DNA of 64,000 nt from Atractiella rhizophila (taxonomy: Eukaryota), in assembly GCA_021432655.1 (NCBI GenBank), contig MU271336.1, positions 1 to 64,000 on the forward strand, given 5' to 3'. The notes under the pieces were generated by a model. The model searched no databases. It was given only the letters and a program-made list of their open reading frames with translations, and was not told the DNA's origin. The position numbers and the translations under genes were made by a program. Each line of letters starts with the position of its first letter. Position 1 is the stretch's first letter. Below are positions 13,376 through 27,234 of the stretch, one piece after another.

Positions 13376-15930
13376 ATGAACAAATCCAACAAGAGTCGAG
13401 CAAGGGTGACTCTCCCGCGTAATGAAGCTTGCAACGGTTGGTCATGCCATTCGTAGAACTTGGGCCATTCTAACCAGACGGGTACAGTATGCCGAAAACG
13501 CAAGGTGCGGTGCGATGGTGGCACTCCATGTAAGCCGACTCTCCTTTCATCACCGTCAGTAAGCTGATCGATCGACATGTGAACGAGGCGGTCCATGCTC
13601 GAGGCTTGCAGCACCAGATGAGTGTGCCTATAACGCGCAAAGGGGGAAAAAGCCCGCATATGTTCGCGGCAAGGAGAAAACTATTGCAGGTGCCGCCGAT
13701 GAGGATTGTATGAGCGAGGATGACTTAGAAGAGGATGAGGAGATATGTCGAATACTGGAGGAGCGGTTAGGTATGCTCACGTCTCAGCTTCTTTTCAGTG
13801 ATTTAATGTGATGGATAGAGGACCTCCAGCAAGAGCTGAATGTCGCCAAGTTTCACGTTTCGCAACCAATGACAACAGAATTTAGCGCCAGTGATCTGGA
13901 GCAAGTCCTCCCACCTGCTCCTCGTCACTTCAGTTGGCCTTCCGACCTCCCTACCCCAGAGATAACCATTGTCCTTGTGAAGAAGGCTTTTTCAGCCACA
14001 CCATATCTTCACAGCATACTATCGCTCACCAACCTTCTCATCGCCCTTTCCCATGGGTCCGAGGCACATCACTTCCCATCGACAGCACTACTCCACTCTA
14101 TCTGTCTTCATGGAGCGTTCGCCATGTCTCACACAGATTTATTAGCTCTCCGCGGGGGCAAAATGTACTGGGATACGATTCCAACCGAAAAGAATCTCAT
14201 TGCTCGAAGCACGGTCGAATGGTTTGAGTTCTTTTTCGACGAGGTAGGAGGCGGAGAGAGGGAGAGGAGGTGTGGCGAGGAGATGCGGAAACAGTTTGTT
14301 TATGAGTGGCATTTGCGGCATCTGAGAAAAAGAATTTTTTCGAACCTCGAAAACCTTTCGAAGACGGAAGCACTAGATCTCACCAAAGCGGCCCTCGTGT
14401 GCCTTTTCTTCCTTCATATGGCGAGTTTGGTTTGATAGTACTGCGTCTCACTGATGAGGCAACGTTCAGGATGAGCGCTGGGCTCTAGGTCAGTGAATTC
14501 GTCAACCCCTTCGACTCAGTCTGAATCGTTGGGCAGTTGAGTTATTCGGAGGGATAGGTATGTCATTGATAGGCCCTATCAAATTCTTGCGTTAATACTT
14601 TGCACAGGCATGAGATTAGCCGTGATGATTGGATTGCACCAGCAACCACCGTTAGCTCGTTCTGAGGAGGAAAGACAGGAACAGTATTATTCGTGAGCCG
14701 CCGTTATTTCTTCCGTGATTGCAGAGCTCATTCATGAAAGTTCCTCGACGTTCTGGCTTCTCTTCGCCACAGAAACGTATTGTCGAGCTATAACCTGTTG
14801 GGCAAGCTGTTTGTCGCAAGGTGCACTTACTTTCATTCTTTGCAGCTCACCTCTAACAGGAGAACAGAGGACATAACGTGTCCGCTTCCTTGGCTCCATC
14901 GAAGCTTGCCTGCCAGCTCCATCCTCGCTCGTGAATCGCGCTTTCTGCAAGATGAAAATCCGTTCCGAGGATTACAAAGCGAGCACGTCTTCTATAAGTC
15001 GTTCTGGCTCGCCAGTTCTCTTGCGGAGTTTGTCACCCGTGCGTGTTTGGGTGCTCTACAATGCCTACAAAGGTTTAATCCTTGTCTCATAGGTACGAAT
15101 TGGGAAGTTAGGGAGCTTGGCCCAAGCAGTTATCATGCCTTGCGCTCCAGGTTTGTTCCTTGTTCTCAGCTTGCAACTTCTCATTAGTGACTTTCGAAAG
15201 TCCCAAGTTTCTGTGGCTGGATAGCACAATCCGCAAGGCTATCGCAAGCTTCCCCAACGACTTCCCATCGTTATGTTCTCTGTCACCTCGAGATCTCGTG
15301 GGTTCGGACCTTATGCGACTCGCATACCTATTCCCGGCCTACACCATCCTGTGCGGCTCGTTAATCTTCCTCCATGCGCCATTCTTCTCTTTCTCTCCAA
15401 CATCAACAGCGATGCGAACTTGCTACGACGCAGCCTTGAACGTATTTGCGGTTTTAGAGCTTTTTAAGGACAATATCGATGGAAACCGGCATGCGCTCAA
15501 CGTCTACAGTTTGTGGGGGATCGCGCTTTCTCTTCGAACATTAATACGGGAATGGGCAGTTCGAAGAGAACGTGAAAAATTTGGAATGCTAGCAGGGGCT
15601 CCTGGAGAAACAGCAAGAATTGAAGGCATGTGCAGGAGGTCCGTAACGATGTTGAGGAAGTGCACAAGAGATTGGAAGGCAGCTGCGACCATCACCATTC
15701 CTCTTCTGAATCTATTGGTCGACCCAGCCAGCTGCTTACCTAGCAAGGAACGTTGGGGCGATTTTGAGATGTACGAAGATCATAACTGCACTCTCTCCAC
15801 ACTTGTTCCCCCTCAACAACTTCATGTAGAGATGGGTCACTTCGCCCATGCTGAGTAAGTATCTGGTCTATTCGTTGCCATAATGCTGATGCGCAAATAG
15901 GCAAGTCGCTGCATTTCAAGTGTAGCACCT
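13376..15930 (+). CDS. Zn(II)2Cys6 fungal transcription factor (3' end approximate)
   Basis: Spliced reading ACNVCRKRKVRCDGGTP-C...CSRLAAPDECAY, followed by exons resembling the fungal TF middle region. Confidence 0.85.
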
Positions 15931-16786
15931 CACCAGACAGCTATATCGCTTTTCTTTTTCTTCCGCAACATCATACCGATCAAGTACACAAGTATGCAGT
16001 TGCCGCAGTAGCAGTTGAGCTCTAACTCTCCTTGCGCTCCGCTTTGGGCTTCTTCTTCTTTATTTTACATTCGATCCTAACCGCGTAGAGCTCATTCAAG
16101 TTGTAATGTTTCCATTCAATTTCTCATCATGATTTCTCAGATTGTCAGACGTTCAGGCCACCTGACGCCTACATTAATGAAGCAAGCGAGTGTGCGTTGG
16201 AAGTTGGAACTAAGGTCCTGACGAGCAGTCTCCCAGCCGCGAGAACTGTCCAACTCCCGCAGAGGAGCTTTCAAGCAGTTCAAAGCTCCCACGCCAAAGT
16301 TTTGAGCCTTGAAATTGATCGTGCTGCGTTTGACATTCGTGCTGAATTTTCAGACTTGCAACGTCGCTGAGAATTGACAGAAAGAAAAGCAAGATTGCCG
16401 CACTGACAAGCTGCACGGAAGTGGCAGTGAGGACAGAAAAAGTTGGTAGAACCACGGGTTCAAAACAAGTCTGACATAGTCAAATCATCTCAGCTGCAAA
16501 TATTTCAGTCTTTTTTCACCAAGGGGATGGTGAAGCTTGATGACAGTGACATACCGCTCCACGACACGTATATTTGCTTGCTATTTTTAAGAAATGTATG
16601 GAAATAACAACACTTTTGCAGAGTTTCTGATGTTCTAATAGCGACGATTGAACCCCTTCCTTCCGAACTGATGCTTCAGATCTTCGAAATCCTTGCCGCA
16701 CACAGGTCGCCAACAGCGATTGATCAATTTGGCCCACATACTCGTCCCCTCCAGCGCTCACGTCCAACCTTGCTCACTCATCAACA

Positions 16787-17483
16787 TGCGATGGAGCATA
16801 CTGTCACGTTACCTCCACGATCGTAACATCGATCCCATTCTTTCGTTCATGCGGCAGCTCTCATCCCGTCGTTCTCTCATGAAGGCATGAAGGTTTTGCT
16901 CGTGAAAAGTAATGACCCGTAGCAATGACAAGAACAGGACGGCCTTTTGAGAGGCTTGAGAGAAGTGTTGGAGATCTTGGGGGATATCTTACAGAACTGG
17001 ATATCACGGTAGGGACGCCCGGTTTTTTGCTTCAGATTGCCCTCGAATCTCAAGGCTCTCCATGTCCGATCAGCTTTCAATACCCAGCAACGTCTCCGAG
17101 ATTGGTTTACGGTGTTAGACGAAAGCGAAGCCTTGGTCGAGACCAGTTACTATCATATCTTCTTGCTGCACCTTGGACTGATCAGTTGGAAGGAGTTACT
17201 TTTGGCCCTGCTTTGCCAGAAGAATTTGAGGATGTTGCCTTGTGTGCAGAGGCATGGGCAGACTATAAAACGTTATTGGTGCGGCTTGAGAGGAGCCGTA
17301 CAACTGTCCAGTTCGAGAAATCGAGTGCTTCCTGAGGGTGTTCGTAGTCCGTTCTATGAAATGGTTGACTGGAATGTGGTCGCTGGGTGCGAGACACAAG
17401 ACCGCACAACCAGACTTGTCCGGTTTCATTTACATTCATTTGGTACATTCTTCCTATACTGTTCCTTGACGCATAACGAGTGA
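16787..17483 (+). pseudogene. Possible LRR/F-box-type fragment with frame changes
   Basis: Overlapping ORFs 16925-17335 and 17037-17483 with LTELDI / LPSNLKALHV LRR-like words. Confidence 0.25.
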
Positions 17484-17907
17484 GCCTTCTGCCTTAGTTT
17501 AAGTTTACCTAGTAACTCTGATCTGTCTCCTCGTTCTTTACGGCTTGATAGCGTCTGCTCAGCTCCAGCTTCATGTATAGTTAGAAGGGAAAGTGATTTT
17601 ACCGACGGATACTTTAGACTCTCGCGGCGTCCATTGTCTTCGACCATGTCGTCGCGCCCGCTCTGACGAAGGTTCTTCCAGCACCTCTCAGTGCCGGCCG
17701 TGCTCTTCTGCCAAGATCTTGAAAGGAGCTCCCCGCTAATTTTAGCGTCGAATGTTTGCAACTCTGGAGGAAGTGTGGAGAAGATCTCCGTGTCTGCATT
17801 TGATTCAGGCAAAACTTTGCATCAAGCAATCTTCTTCGCTTATAAGGTCGACATGCCCACGATGACAATCTTTTGGCGCGGTGCATTGTTTCGAGTCGAA
17901 CACAACA

Positions 17908-20578
17908 ATGAGTCCTCCAACGCCCGAAAACAACAGTGAGCGGAGGGACTCTTCAGATTCTAAATTTCAAGAAAAGGCACAGCACTTTGACGATGCTCCA
18001 ATCCAGCCTAAACAAGACATTCGATTGGATTCTGGAGGCCTCCCCTTGTAAGTAGTTCATTGATTCATTAAAGCGGGACGCTAAGCATAACTCAGGATTC
18101 CGCAGCCCACAAATGATCCAGCAGACCCTTTGAACTGGACCCAAGCGAGGAAATGGACAATACTGACCCTGGTCCGTCAGTTCTTGTTCTATAATCCCCA
18201 TTGTCATTTGGATCTCTCAGGTTTCTGTCATGGCCTTTGCATCTGCCTTCAATCTGGCCGTTGGAGTTCGTTGCTCTCTCCTCAACTGAACTAAGGGCCG
18301 AGCACGCTTTCTACAGAATCCAGCCTTTGTTCTTATTGGACAAGCTTTTGGAGTATCGACCATTGAGGCCAGCTATCCAGCGACTGTGCGTAGCTGACTC
18401 TGGCCGTTCGATTCCCTTACTAAAACAAGGCCCCAACTTAGGTCTCCGTCGCGACAGCTGGTATTGGCTCGTTTATCTGGATCCCGTTAGCACATGCGTA
18501 CGTTCTACCTGTGCACAACTACATCCAATTAAAAGCTTGTTGCAGCTACGGACGCCGTCCCGTGATTCTTTTTACATATTTAGCGAGTGTTGCCGCAACG
18601 GTAGGATCAGGTCGTGCTACAACCTATGGGACTTTCATTGTTGGACGAGTGCATTGTTCCTTGCTTTAAGGAAGTATCAGAACTAAAGATGGCTACCCAG
18701 GCATTCACGGGGATCCTTGTCAGCGCACTGAACGCTCTCGGAGGTATACTTCCTCTTCGTCTGAGAACCAGGATCTGACATTTAGGAGTTCAGTCAGCAT
18801 CGTTGGAGACCTATTTTTCCGTGCGTATCCTTCCTCAGTCAAATGCTAATGTTCAAATGGTGCACAGTGCACGAGAGGGGGAAAACCATTGGTTTCTTCA
18901 CCGTGTTTCTCACGAATGGACCGCACGTGGCTTCCTTACCAGGTGGTTACATCGCTCAAGTAAGACTGCTATGCTCCTAAACGCCGTGCTGTCTGCTCAT
19001 GGTACATTTGAAGTATGTAGGCTGGCGAGTGCGTAGAACCCCGACCGAAGGAATCTTCTTACTCGTTCGATAGTGGACACTTTATCTTCCAGCAATCTTC
19101 CAGGCGGTTCTGGTGCTCATCGCTTTCTTTGCTCTCCCCGAAACGCTCTACGTTCGCGGGCACCCTCTAACGCCGACGTTTCCCAATCGACCTTCTAAGG
19201 AAGACATGCGGAAGGCGATCACCCGACGTCTTTCTCTTCTGCCTCTCAAACAACCGGGACGTCAGTTCCAACTAAAACAGTGCCTGCATCCGTTTGTGAT
19301 GTTTCGCTATCCTGTTGTTCCTATCATCGGTGCGCGCTCTCTCCCCCCTTGACTCTTTTCACACTAAGCTTTGCTCACAGGATTCTACTACGGCGCGGTT
19401 TTTGCCTTGGGATCGTTCATAAGCAGTTTCCTGACCTTTCAAGCAGTTTACTAACATGTCTATAGGGTTATGCCAGCGTTTACGTGTGCAAAGCTGTTTC
19501 ATGAGCTCTACGGATATAAAGCCGGTAGAACGTTCGTCTTTTTCTTCTTTCTCTCATTGTCCTCCATTCTAATTACTGTACAGTGGATTGGTACTGTCGC
19601 TCAGCACCACTATTGGAGGCGTTGCTGGCGAGCTCGTCGCCGGTCCAGTCATTGATCGTTTAATGGCGACCTACAGAAAGAGAAACGAAGGTAAAGTAAT
19701 TCCTGAATGGAGACTCTATGGTAGGACGTTTTCACTTTTGGGAGATGCCCACTGATTAGTTTTTCCATTTCATTTAGGGATGTGGCCTGGTCAGCATTTG
19801 TTCTGAGTTGATTCCCGGGATTCGAGCATTCCTTGGCTACAGGTGCAATCCTCCTTCCAATCGGGTTGATCATTTTTGGAGTGTGCATACACTTCAGCGA
19901 TCGTGTTTCCGTTGCTGGTCCGTTATTTTATCATTACTTTGCCTACTTTCATTAAATAAACAACAGGTCCGGCAGCTGGAGCGGTCAGTTTTCTCGAAGT
20001 GCTGCCATGTTTTGATCTGACAGCGAATGAAGGCTATCACTTGTTTTGCAGTCCAAGTTGTCACCACTCCTGCCTACTCGTATCGTGAGTATCTCATGAT
20101 CAAAAATATCCTCAATTTGACTCTGCTTCTAGTTACGGTATGGCTACGAAGATGTCTCGTCTCGTCCTCTAACATGTGATCTAGGATTGTTATAAACCTC
20201 AAGCTGGAGAGTGTGCTCAGATCCTAAACTTCGTCCGACAAGAGCTAGCCATGACTGTACGTTCATCATGCTATGGTCGATGCTGCACTTAATTTTTGAC
20301 AACAGGTTTCGTTTTGGGTATGACATAACTGCCCTTCGTTCATAACTGAGCTAAAGATTTCATAGGCTTTGCGGTACGGCGAAAAAGTAGGATTTCAATG
20401 GAGCGACTCCTCACTTGCCATCATTATGTTGGCAATGTTTGTACCAGTGATAGCACTGATGAAGTTTGGCCCTGGGTCAGTTGTCTTTTCTGCGGTTTGT
20501 CCATCACTCAATTGGCTGTCGATGCCTGTCAGAATACGAGAAAAGTCGGGGTCGCCCCAGTTCAATCAAGGAATATGA
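17908..20578 (+). CDS. MFS transporter, DHA1-like, many exons
   Basis: MSPPTPEN..; IPQPTNDPADPLNWTQARKWTIL; YGRRPVIL; ERGKTIGFF; FFALPETLY; PEWRL; hydrophobic TM exons. Confidence 0.88.
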
Positions 20579-20884
20579 AACAGTCTATTGTCTTTGGAAT
20601 TTTCATGTCATGTTTGGATGATGTGGCAATGTTTCCCAACAGTAATGCTCCTGTTTCCACGCAGTAAATCCTATCTCCCTTGCCCAAATCAACGGATTCA
20701 AGCACTTCTGATTGGGAGACTCGTTCAAAGTGTGAGTCAAAGGATAGATGAAATTCGATATTAGATGATGCAGATATCTAACTGGAGCACACTACTGGCA
20801 GATGCCATGATATCTGCGCTGATGCATAGTAAAGTAGAAGATAGTGGAATAGTGGAAATGCTCTGGCTTCAGGAAAATTCAGGT

Positions 20885-22020
20885 CTACAAGTCTAATGTT
20901 TCAACACCATCAATGAAGCATAGAAAACTTCCATTCCTGCTCCGACATACCTGCAGTAGAGACCCAACGTCCACTCTCTCCAGACTCACAATGTCCCGCA
21001 GAACTCTCTTCGCAAAGCAGGCTCCAACCTTGTGATCTATCTGATAGCTATGGACCCAGGCAGCAGCCCAGTTGAAAGCGTCGGAATAATAACCTGATGG
21101 AACGAGATCGTTCAAATCTGAAAAGCACAAAGTCTTGAGCCGTGAGAGCGTTGCGATGTGTGGTAATAAATCCTATGGTCCCGCTGAAAACAGGTTCGGA
21201 CCATAGACATGTAGGTCCAGCGCTCACCTCTAAGTCGTTTTCGGATCTTCCGTACACACCGAGCGTCTCCAACCGAGGTAAGAGGGTACAAACCACTGCG
21301 TAGCAAGTGAGAAGAAGTGACCTGGTTGTGAAAAAGAGAGTACACTGAGTGAGCTCCTCGTCCCACACTTCCGCCAATCTCAGGTCGCGTAGATTTGGCA
21401 GACCCAGAGCAGCGTCCAACAACGAAAGAGTGAATTGGTCCCGGCGAAAAGAGAAGACGTTTTTCATATTCAGTGTTCTGACCTTTGGAAAATGTTGCAA
21501 GACGGGAGTCAAGAAAAGTGGTGCTGCGATTGTGTTGACAGTTGGGAACGTTGGAAATGAAGTTGGCAAGGGTGTGGCGCCTAAATGGGTTGGTAGAACA
21601 CAGCATCGCTCACAGATGTTGAGTTCTAGGGAGGAAAGACGAGGAAAGATGCTGAGGAGGGACAGAATTTCTGACCAAAGTGTCGTGTGCGCCAAAGACG
21701 CGTCATGATGAGTAGATGACGAGAAGAGCTCCAAGTGCAACGATCTTAAACAATAGTCAGAAGAGTCTCTGAAACTTGAACACAACCAACAAGACCGTTC
21801 TTGAAAAGTCAGATTTTCCAGCATGAGCAATTAGCGCTCTGATCATTTCATCCGCTATTGCACACCTTTGACGAAGATGGATATGCTTGAAAAGCAGAGA
21901 TGAAGAAACATCCCGAAGCTGACGGTTGCAAAGCGACAGATTTTTCAGCCACTTTATCCCTATCCTGGCTGCAATGAGGTAAAGGATGTCATCGCTAAGG
22001 CCCAGGAGGAGGGAAGCCAT
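20885..22020 (-). CDS. F-box-like/LRR (RNI-like) protein
   Basis: N-terminal LLGLSDDILYLIA..LKNLSLCNRQLRDVSSSLLFKHI; LRR words FPRLSSLEL, LPNLRDLRL, LPRLETLGV; frame change near 21760-21830 (intron or lesion). Confidence 0.7.
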
Positions 22021-22669
22021 AGAGAAATCTGTATTTTCGAGAAAGAGATATCTTACTATATGTGTTCTGCCTTAAGGCGACGATCCGCTACAGCTCCATA
22101 CGCAATGATACAGACTGTAGGTCATGACTGCATCGACCGAGATCGCTAGAAATATAAGGAGATGTTGCCCTTTCAGCCGAGGAACTCAGTCTCCTGCGCT
22201 AAAGGCGACCGGGGGTCACATCGCAGATAGCCGCGCCACTTGTAGAGTATAAGATTGAGGTTGCCGTAACAGTCCTGTCAAGGGTCGATGAAGAGCGAAT
22301 TCTGCCATGTTTTACAGTACAAACTGTCGCAGATACAGAACCGTAAATCTTGTGTCCAGTGGACCGTTGGTCCGTCTTCACTAACCACAAAAACAAGCGC
22401 ACGTCAATGCATAGAGATGGCAACAAAACAAACGTCCACAAAGCAGAGCGACCCTTCCTCCTATGCATCTACATCTGTTGGCCTCCAGAACGCAAAACGT
22501 TCGACAAGGGCCGAGACTTCCTTGAATGGAGCACAGATCACGGAGATCGGAAAAGAAACGGAGGCGCGGGGAGGAGGAGGGTGTGTCGGTTTGAAGCCCA
22601 GCGAGGTCAAGGTCCATGAGCGTAGTCAAGGACGACCTGGAGAGTCTCAAAACCGGTAGAGATAAAACG

Positions 22670-23790
22670 TTATCTTTTCAAGTCGCACCATAAAAGTCTT
22701 ATAGTCGTGCCATTCTTTTGGCGACAATGGATCGCGACTAAAGCTGGAGGGAATTCCTGCAATTGTTTTCCAACTGATCGGTCGAAGGTGCAGTGCGAAA
22801 AAGTGTTACTACCTCTCCATAGCCGCCACCACAGCGGATCGTTTCCTTGCGTTGTGCTGGATATGGAATCTAAACTGGAGGCGTTTGGCAGCACAAGTGC
22901 CTTTGTTGAAAGAGAAGGAGCCACATTCAAATTCGTCCGCCGTTGGGTATTTCAGATGTCCTGCATGGAAGTTCCCTATGATGTCCATCTCATGGAAATC
23001 AAGAATCGTTTTACCTGACGTGAGGAGACGTCCATGACGTCAAAATGGGATAGGATGTTGATGGTTAACTTTTAGGATTGTGCGACCCCGAGGAAATTCA
23101 CGTCCTCGTCGATGGACACAAAGGCATCCGAACTGCTTTTAAAGTGCTTGAACTTGCAGGTTGTCGAATACCGGTCGTATCCGGTCAGTGATCAGATACC
23201 AACTGTCAAGGGTCAATTTCCCGTTCATTATTTCGACGCGGGATGGCCACAACTTGATCACCCCTGATGAAAGTGGAAGATGTGGGAAAGAATCGAGAAG
23301 GTTTCGGATGAAGTTTGTCGGTATTTTGAGCGTGAGTAAACGTGGGAGGAGTGGAGTGACGAATTGATGTCGATATAGTTGTTGTTAGAATAGCCGTGAA
23401 GGTACAAGTGTTGGAGAGATTTCTTGACAAGGTGGAAGAGCCGGAGGGATTCCATCCAGAACGTATGGTATGCATCGTCGTTTCCAAAGCCATGTGATTG
23501 AAAGACTTGAAGATACGAGAGAGTTCTGGTGGAGCCGAGAAGAAAGATGACTAGGAGGGAGAATGGAATGATAATGAGGGAGCAGTGTCCAAACGAAGGT
23601 GCGGTGGGCTGCGATGTAACAATATCTATTGAATCGAGTTCGATGAAAAATTCGCATTCTTGCAAGCCCATAAACCAATCTTGTAGTAGTGGTTGGGTGT
23701 CAATGTAAGCCGATCGGAGGAGGAGAGTCTTGGGATTCAAAGGCATTCGAAGGCGAATGAGTGGAGTCGTCATCTCCCAGTTCCCTAAGC
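22670..23790 (-). pseudogene. LRR-like hypothetical gene, possibly degenerate
   Basis: ORF 23258-23773 with SLQHLYLHG / LSYLQV words; downstream frames interrupted by stops. Confidence 0.3.
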
Positions 23791-24937
23791 TTTCCCAAAA
23801 ACCTCTCTCGTGCTCTTCTTATCATTCATGTCGATGTCACTCTTTACGGCAAGGGCCTCACGTAACACTGACAGGAGAGGGCTGCCATATGAACAAAAGA
23901 ATGCGATTGGGGTAAGCGACAGAAAGACTGAGGTTACGATCGAGGAGGAGTGTGAAAGTAAGTATGCTCCACAGTCTTGACCAGTGAACAAGGTTCAATG
24001 TAAGCATTGGAGGAGTCGACGAACGAGAGATAACCTCATGCCGTGTTTTGCGTGGCTTCAAAGAGAAGCTCGCCGAACCCATCCTTTCCTACATAAAGAC
24101 TGTGTTAGTTCCCCTCATCAGAATGTAGAAACACATACCCTCTAGCAATTGATATCTCCTTCATCTGACCACCGTTTTCTGGCACCGAAAACTTTTGCTT
24201 TGACTTGCCAAGCTCGTTGTTTGACTGTTTGGCTCCTCGTCAAGTTCAGGTCAAGGAATCGTATGTTGCATACTGATACCTTATCCTAGAGCTATCTTGC
24301 CTACGTGCTTCCAGTCACGATGGTCGCAGTCATGGCAACTGCAAGGCAAAGCAATATGTTTTCAAAGATATCACTTTCAAGTTTCAGTTCGGATCCAAAT
24401 GCACTTCAAGTTGTTTATGCAGCATTCAGTGAACAGCACTACAGTTCTCCACTAATGAGCAAAGTCAACCCTGATGCTAGCTAAGCGCTGTTGAGTAGCG
24501 AGACGTCCACGAGCAGGAAATGTCGGCTGGCTTGGTCGGCCGGATGCTCGATCAATCCTCCCGCGTCTCATGAATCTCATCTTCGCTTGTGATCGCGAAA
24601 CGCCTACAGCTCAGATTCTTCGATGTTATTCAAGCTTCGAGTTTCGAATCTATCCCTACCTTAAGCTTTATCATCGCATCATCCAAGCTCATACCCTTTC
24701 AAGACGGTTCTCTCGATCTCCATCCAGTTTTGCGCGTCCAAGGATTCAGGAGCTATGACCACAAGTTCAAAGCACACGATCTATCCTAGGATGTTTCATC
24801 ATACCGAGTACTTTTTGCCTCCTTCGTGTCTCTAGGGCACTCACGCTCGGCGCTCCCTCGATCTCATCCTTTGCATTATTAGAATATAAAAGTGTCTGCA
24901 GGTTAGTGCGTCCTTTTCATCATCGACATTGCTCAAA

Positions 24938-26016
24938 ATGCGTTCCATTCCTCTCCTTTCTCTCCTTTCCATAGTTTTCGCTCGGGATTTCTACGTCTCC
25001 TCACCGTTCAACGTCTCGGACGCACTCCCTTACGGGCTGAAGAACGGCGATGGGGAAGACTACAATATTTTCGGAACCACTTATCGCATGCTCCTCCCCG
25101 TCGCGCACACCGGCGGACCAGGGGGATTGACCATCTTCTCGATTGTGGGAGGAGTTGGAACAAGTGCCACCGCACACTATCATCACATCCCTGATGTAAA
25201 TTGTCCCCTTAGAGTTCCAATGCGTTGCACCTGAAAGAAAAATACTTGCAGGCACATTTTGTTGCCAGTGGCGCGCTGGACTTCTACTTCAATGCCGAGA
25301 GCCTAGACAGCCCAGATGTCAACCAAACGGTTTCTCTCCACGCTGAAAAAGGCGACATCATCTTCGTTCCGCCTCTCCACGCCCATAGCTTCACTTTCAG
25401 CTCTGCCTCCACCGAACTCCTCGCTTCCTTCCGCCTATCCTCTGTAAACACGGACGACTTCCTCCCTGCCCTTGCTGCCGCCACCTCACTCGCGGAGGCA
25501 GCTGCAATTGGAGCGAAATACGATCTGAACTTTTTGGATGGACCGACGTTTCTGAATACGACAGTGACTCCAGACAGCTCATGGCGCGAAGCCACCAACC
25601 AATCTCCCCCCACTGGACCCGAATTCTATGGTCTCGTCAGCTCAGACGCTGAATCCGTTGGAATGTCCAGCCCTCTTGTGGGCAAGGCACAGACCGATCT
25701 CTACGTCCATAAGCTCCTCACCCTTCCTTCCAGAGGGAAGATTGGGGTGGAATCTAATCCAGTCAATACTGCCACTTGGGTCAAGTCAGGAACGGTATCC
25801 GTGACCCCTTCTGGTCTAAGTAAGGCAACTGCTGTTGAGGGAGACTTCGTGTTTTTCCCCAAGGGTAGTTCTGGAAGTATCTCCGCGAGCAGCAGCGCAG
25901 AATTATACGTGGTTAGCGATGAAGATAAAGGGTTAGGGTATAGAGTGAGTCTTGGATTTCTCACAGTGACATGAAGAACTGAAAACTATTGTGTGATTTA
26001 GCGGTTCTGGGCGTGA
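24938..26016 (+). CDS. Secreted bicupin, quercetin 2,3-dioxygenase-like
   Basis: Signal peptide MRSIPLLSLLSIVFA; cupin motif 1 AHYHHIPD-AHFVASG; motif 2 GDIIFVPPLHAHSF; second degenerate cupin GDFVFFPKG; TATA-like tataaaa ~24885. Confidence 0.75.
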
Positions 26017-26322
26017 TGTGGGTACCAGTTCGGTGGCTGTCGTTCATTTAGAATTAAATTATAAGAATGCAAAGCTATGGGTGAATGGAATACACTCAGA
26101 CCTGGCCAGCCTGATGCTGCACACTGACACAAAATATGCGTTCGAGCTGGCCCTGGCTGATAGCTTCAGTACTATGTTACACCCATGCTTCCACATTATG
26201 ATGACGTGAGTGGATAACATCCAATTAGTACCACTTCCAAACACGGAAGAAGAAAAAAAGATCTCGAGCTCCATTGGGCTAGTCGCGCTCTTGTTCGTAC
26301 TTCATAAGAAATTGAACAGTAT

Positions 26323-27234
26323 CACGGGAGGCAATAAGCTGTCCGTTCGTTAAAATTTTAGGCTCCGGACGATCCGTCCGCCGCTCCATGCCATCTCTTT
26401 TTCTTTTCAATGACGACAACCCCAACCTGAATGAGTGCTCTAGAGACCACTGCTTTATGACTTGACATGTTGATTTTTCTACAAGACATCTGTCCTGCAA
26501 AAGAGCTGCCCCATTCCCACCACGGTATGCCATGGTAAATTTTGGGAGTATTAGTAAATTTCACTTGTCTCTGGCTTGTACTTCAATGGGTAGAGAAATG
26601 TGTCCCCCTTCAATCGGCCTTGACTTGTTCCATTAACGCATTGTAAATAAGGTGAAAGCAAGAACCCGGTCGTAAACATGATTGTGTTGTGTCTGCTGTG
26701 TCAAGCTTTTGAAGGAGAAAGGAGACAAGCAGATATTAAATCTAGATGTCTTGTTGCCTTACTGTCAGCCTGTCAGCAAAGTCTGAAGCTGAAGGTATAA
26801 GATGATATATCCGTCATTGCCCTGAATGCATGGTAGAGCAATGTCGCAGAGGGAAGTTGGTCAATATGCGCAAATCACCGCACAGAAACAGAAGGTTTTG
26901 TACTTGTTTGCGCTCATTTGCGCCAGGTGGCAAAGGTACATAGCCCATACCTTTCTTCAATGTTATCTACGTCGTCTGAAATGGAAATGTACTCATGGGA
27001 CTGTACTCAAAGAATGACGGAATGGCAACCAGTTTTTTGCTGCTTCTCTTATGAAAGCTCCATCGTCACCATCCCCTGATTGATCCCAATGTGTATTGTG
27101 AGAGTTTCCCACTTCCAGTCCCATCCTTTCTCCCCTTCCAATTCCACTGCCCATAGCTAGACGGTAAATCCTATACCTCAATGTTGAAGCATGGGAAACC
27201 TACCAGGTAACAGTATGGGTATCAAGCGTATGAT
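26323..27234 (+). repeat. Left terminal inverted repeat (~912 bp)
   Basis: Reverse complement of 34358-35267 and 36453-37365; same short ORFs (MKFTNTPKIY.., MHGRAMSQ..) appear on opposite strands. Confidence 0.97.

Noticed and set aside
26279..27181. Short ORFs in the TIRs as real genes
   Set aside because: They recur only because the repeat is copied; no recognisable family.
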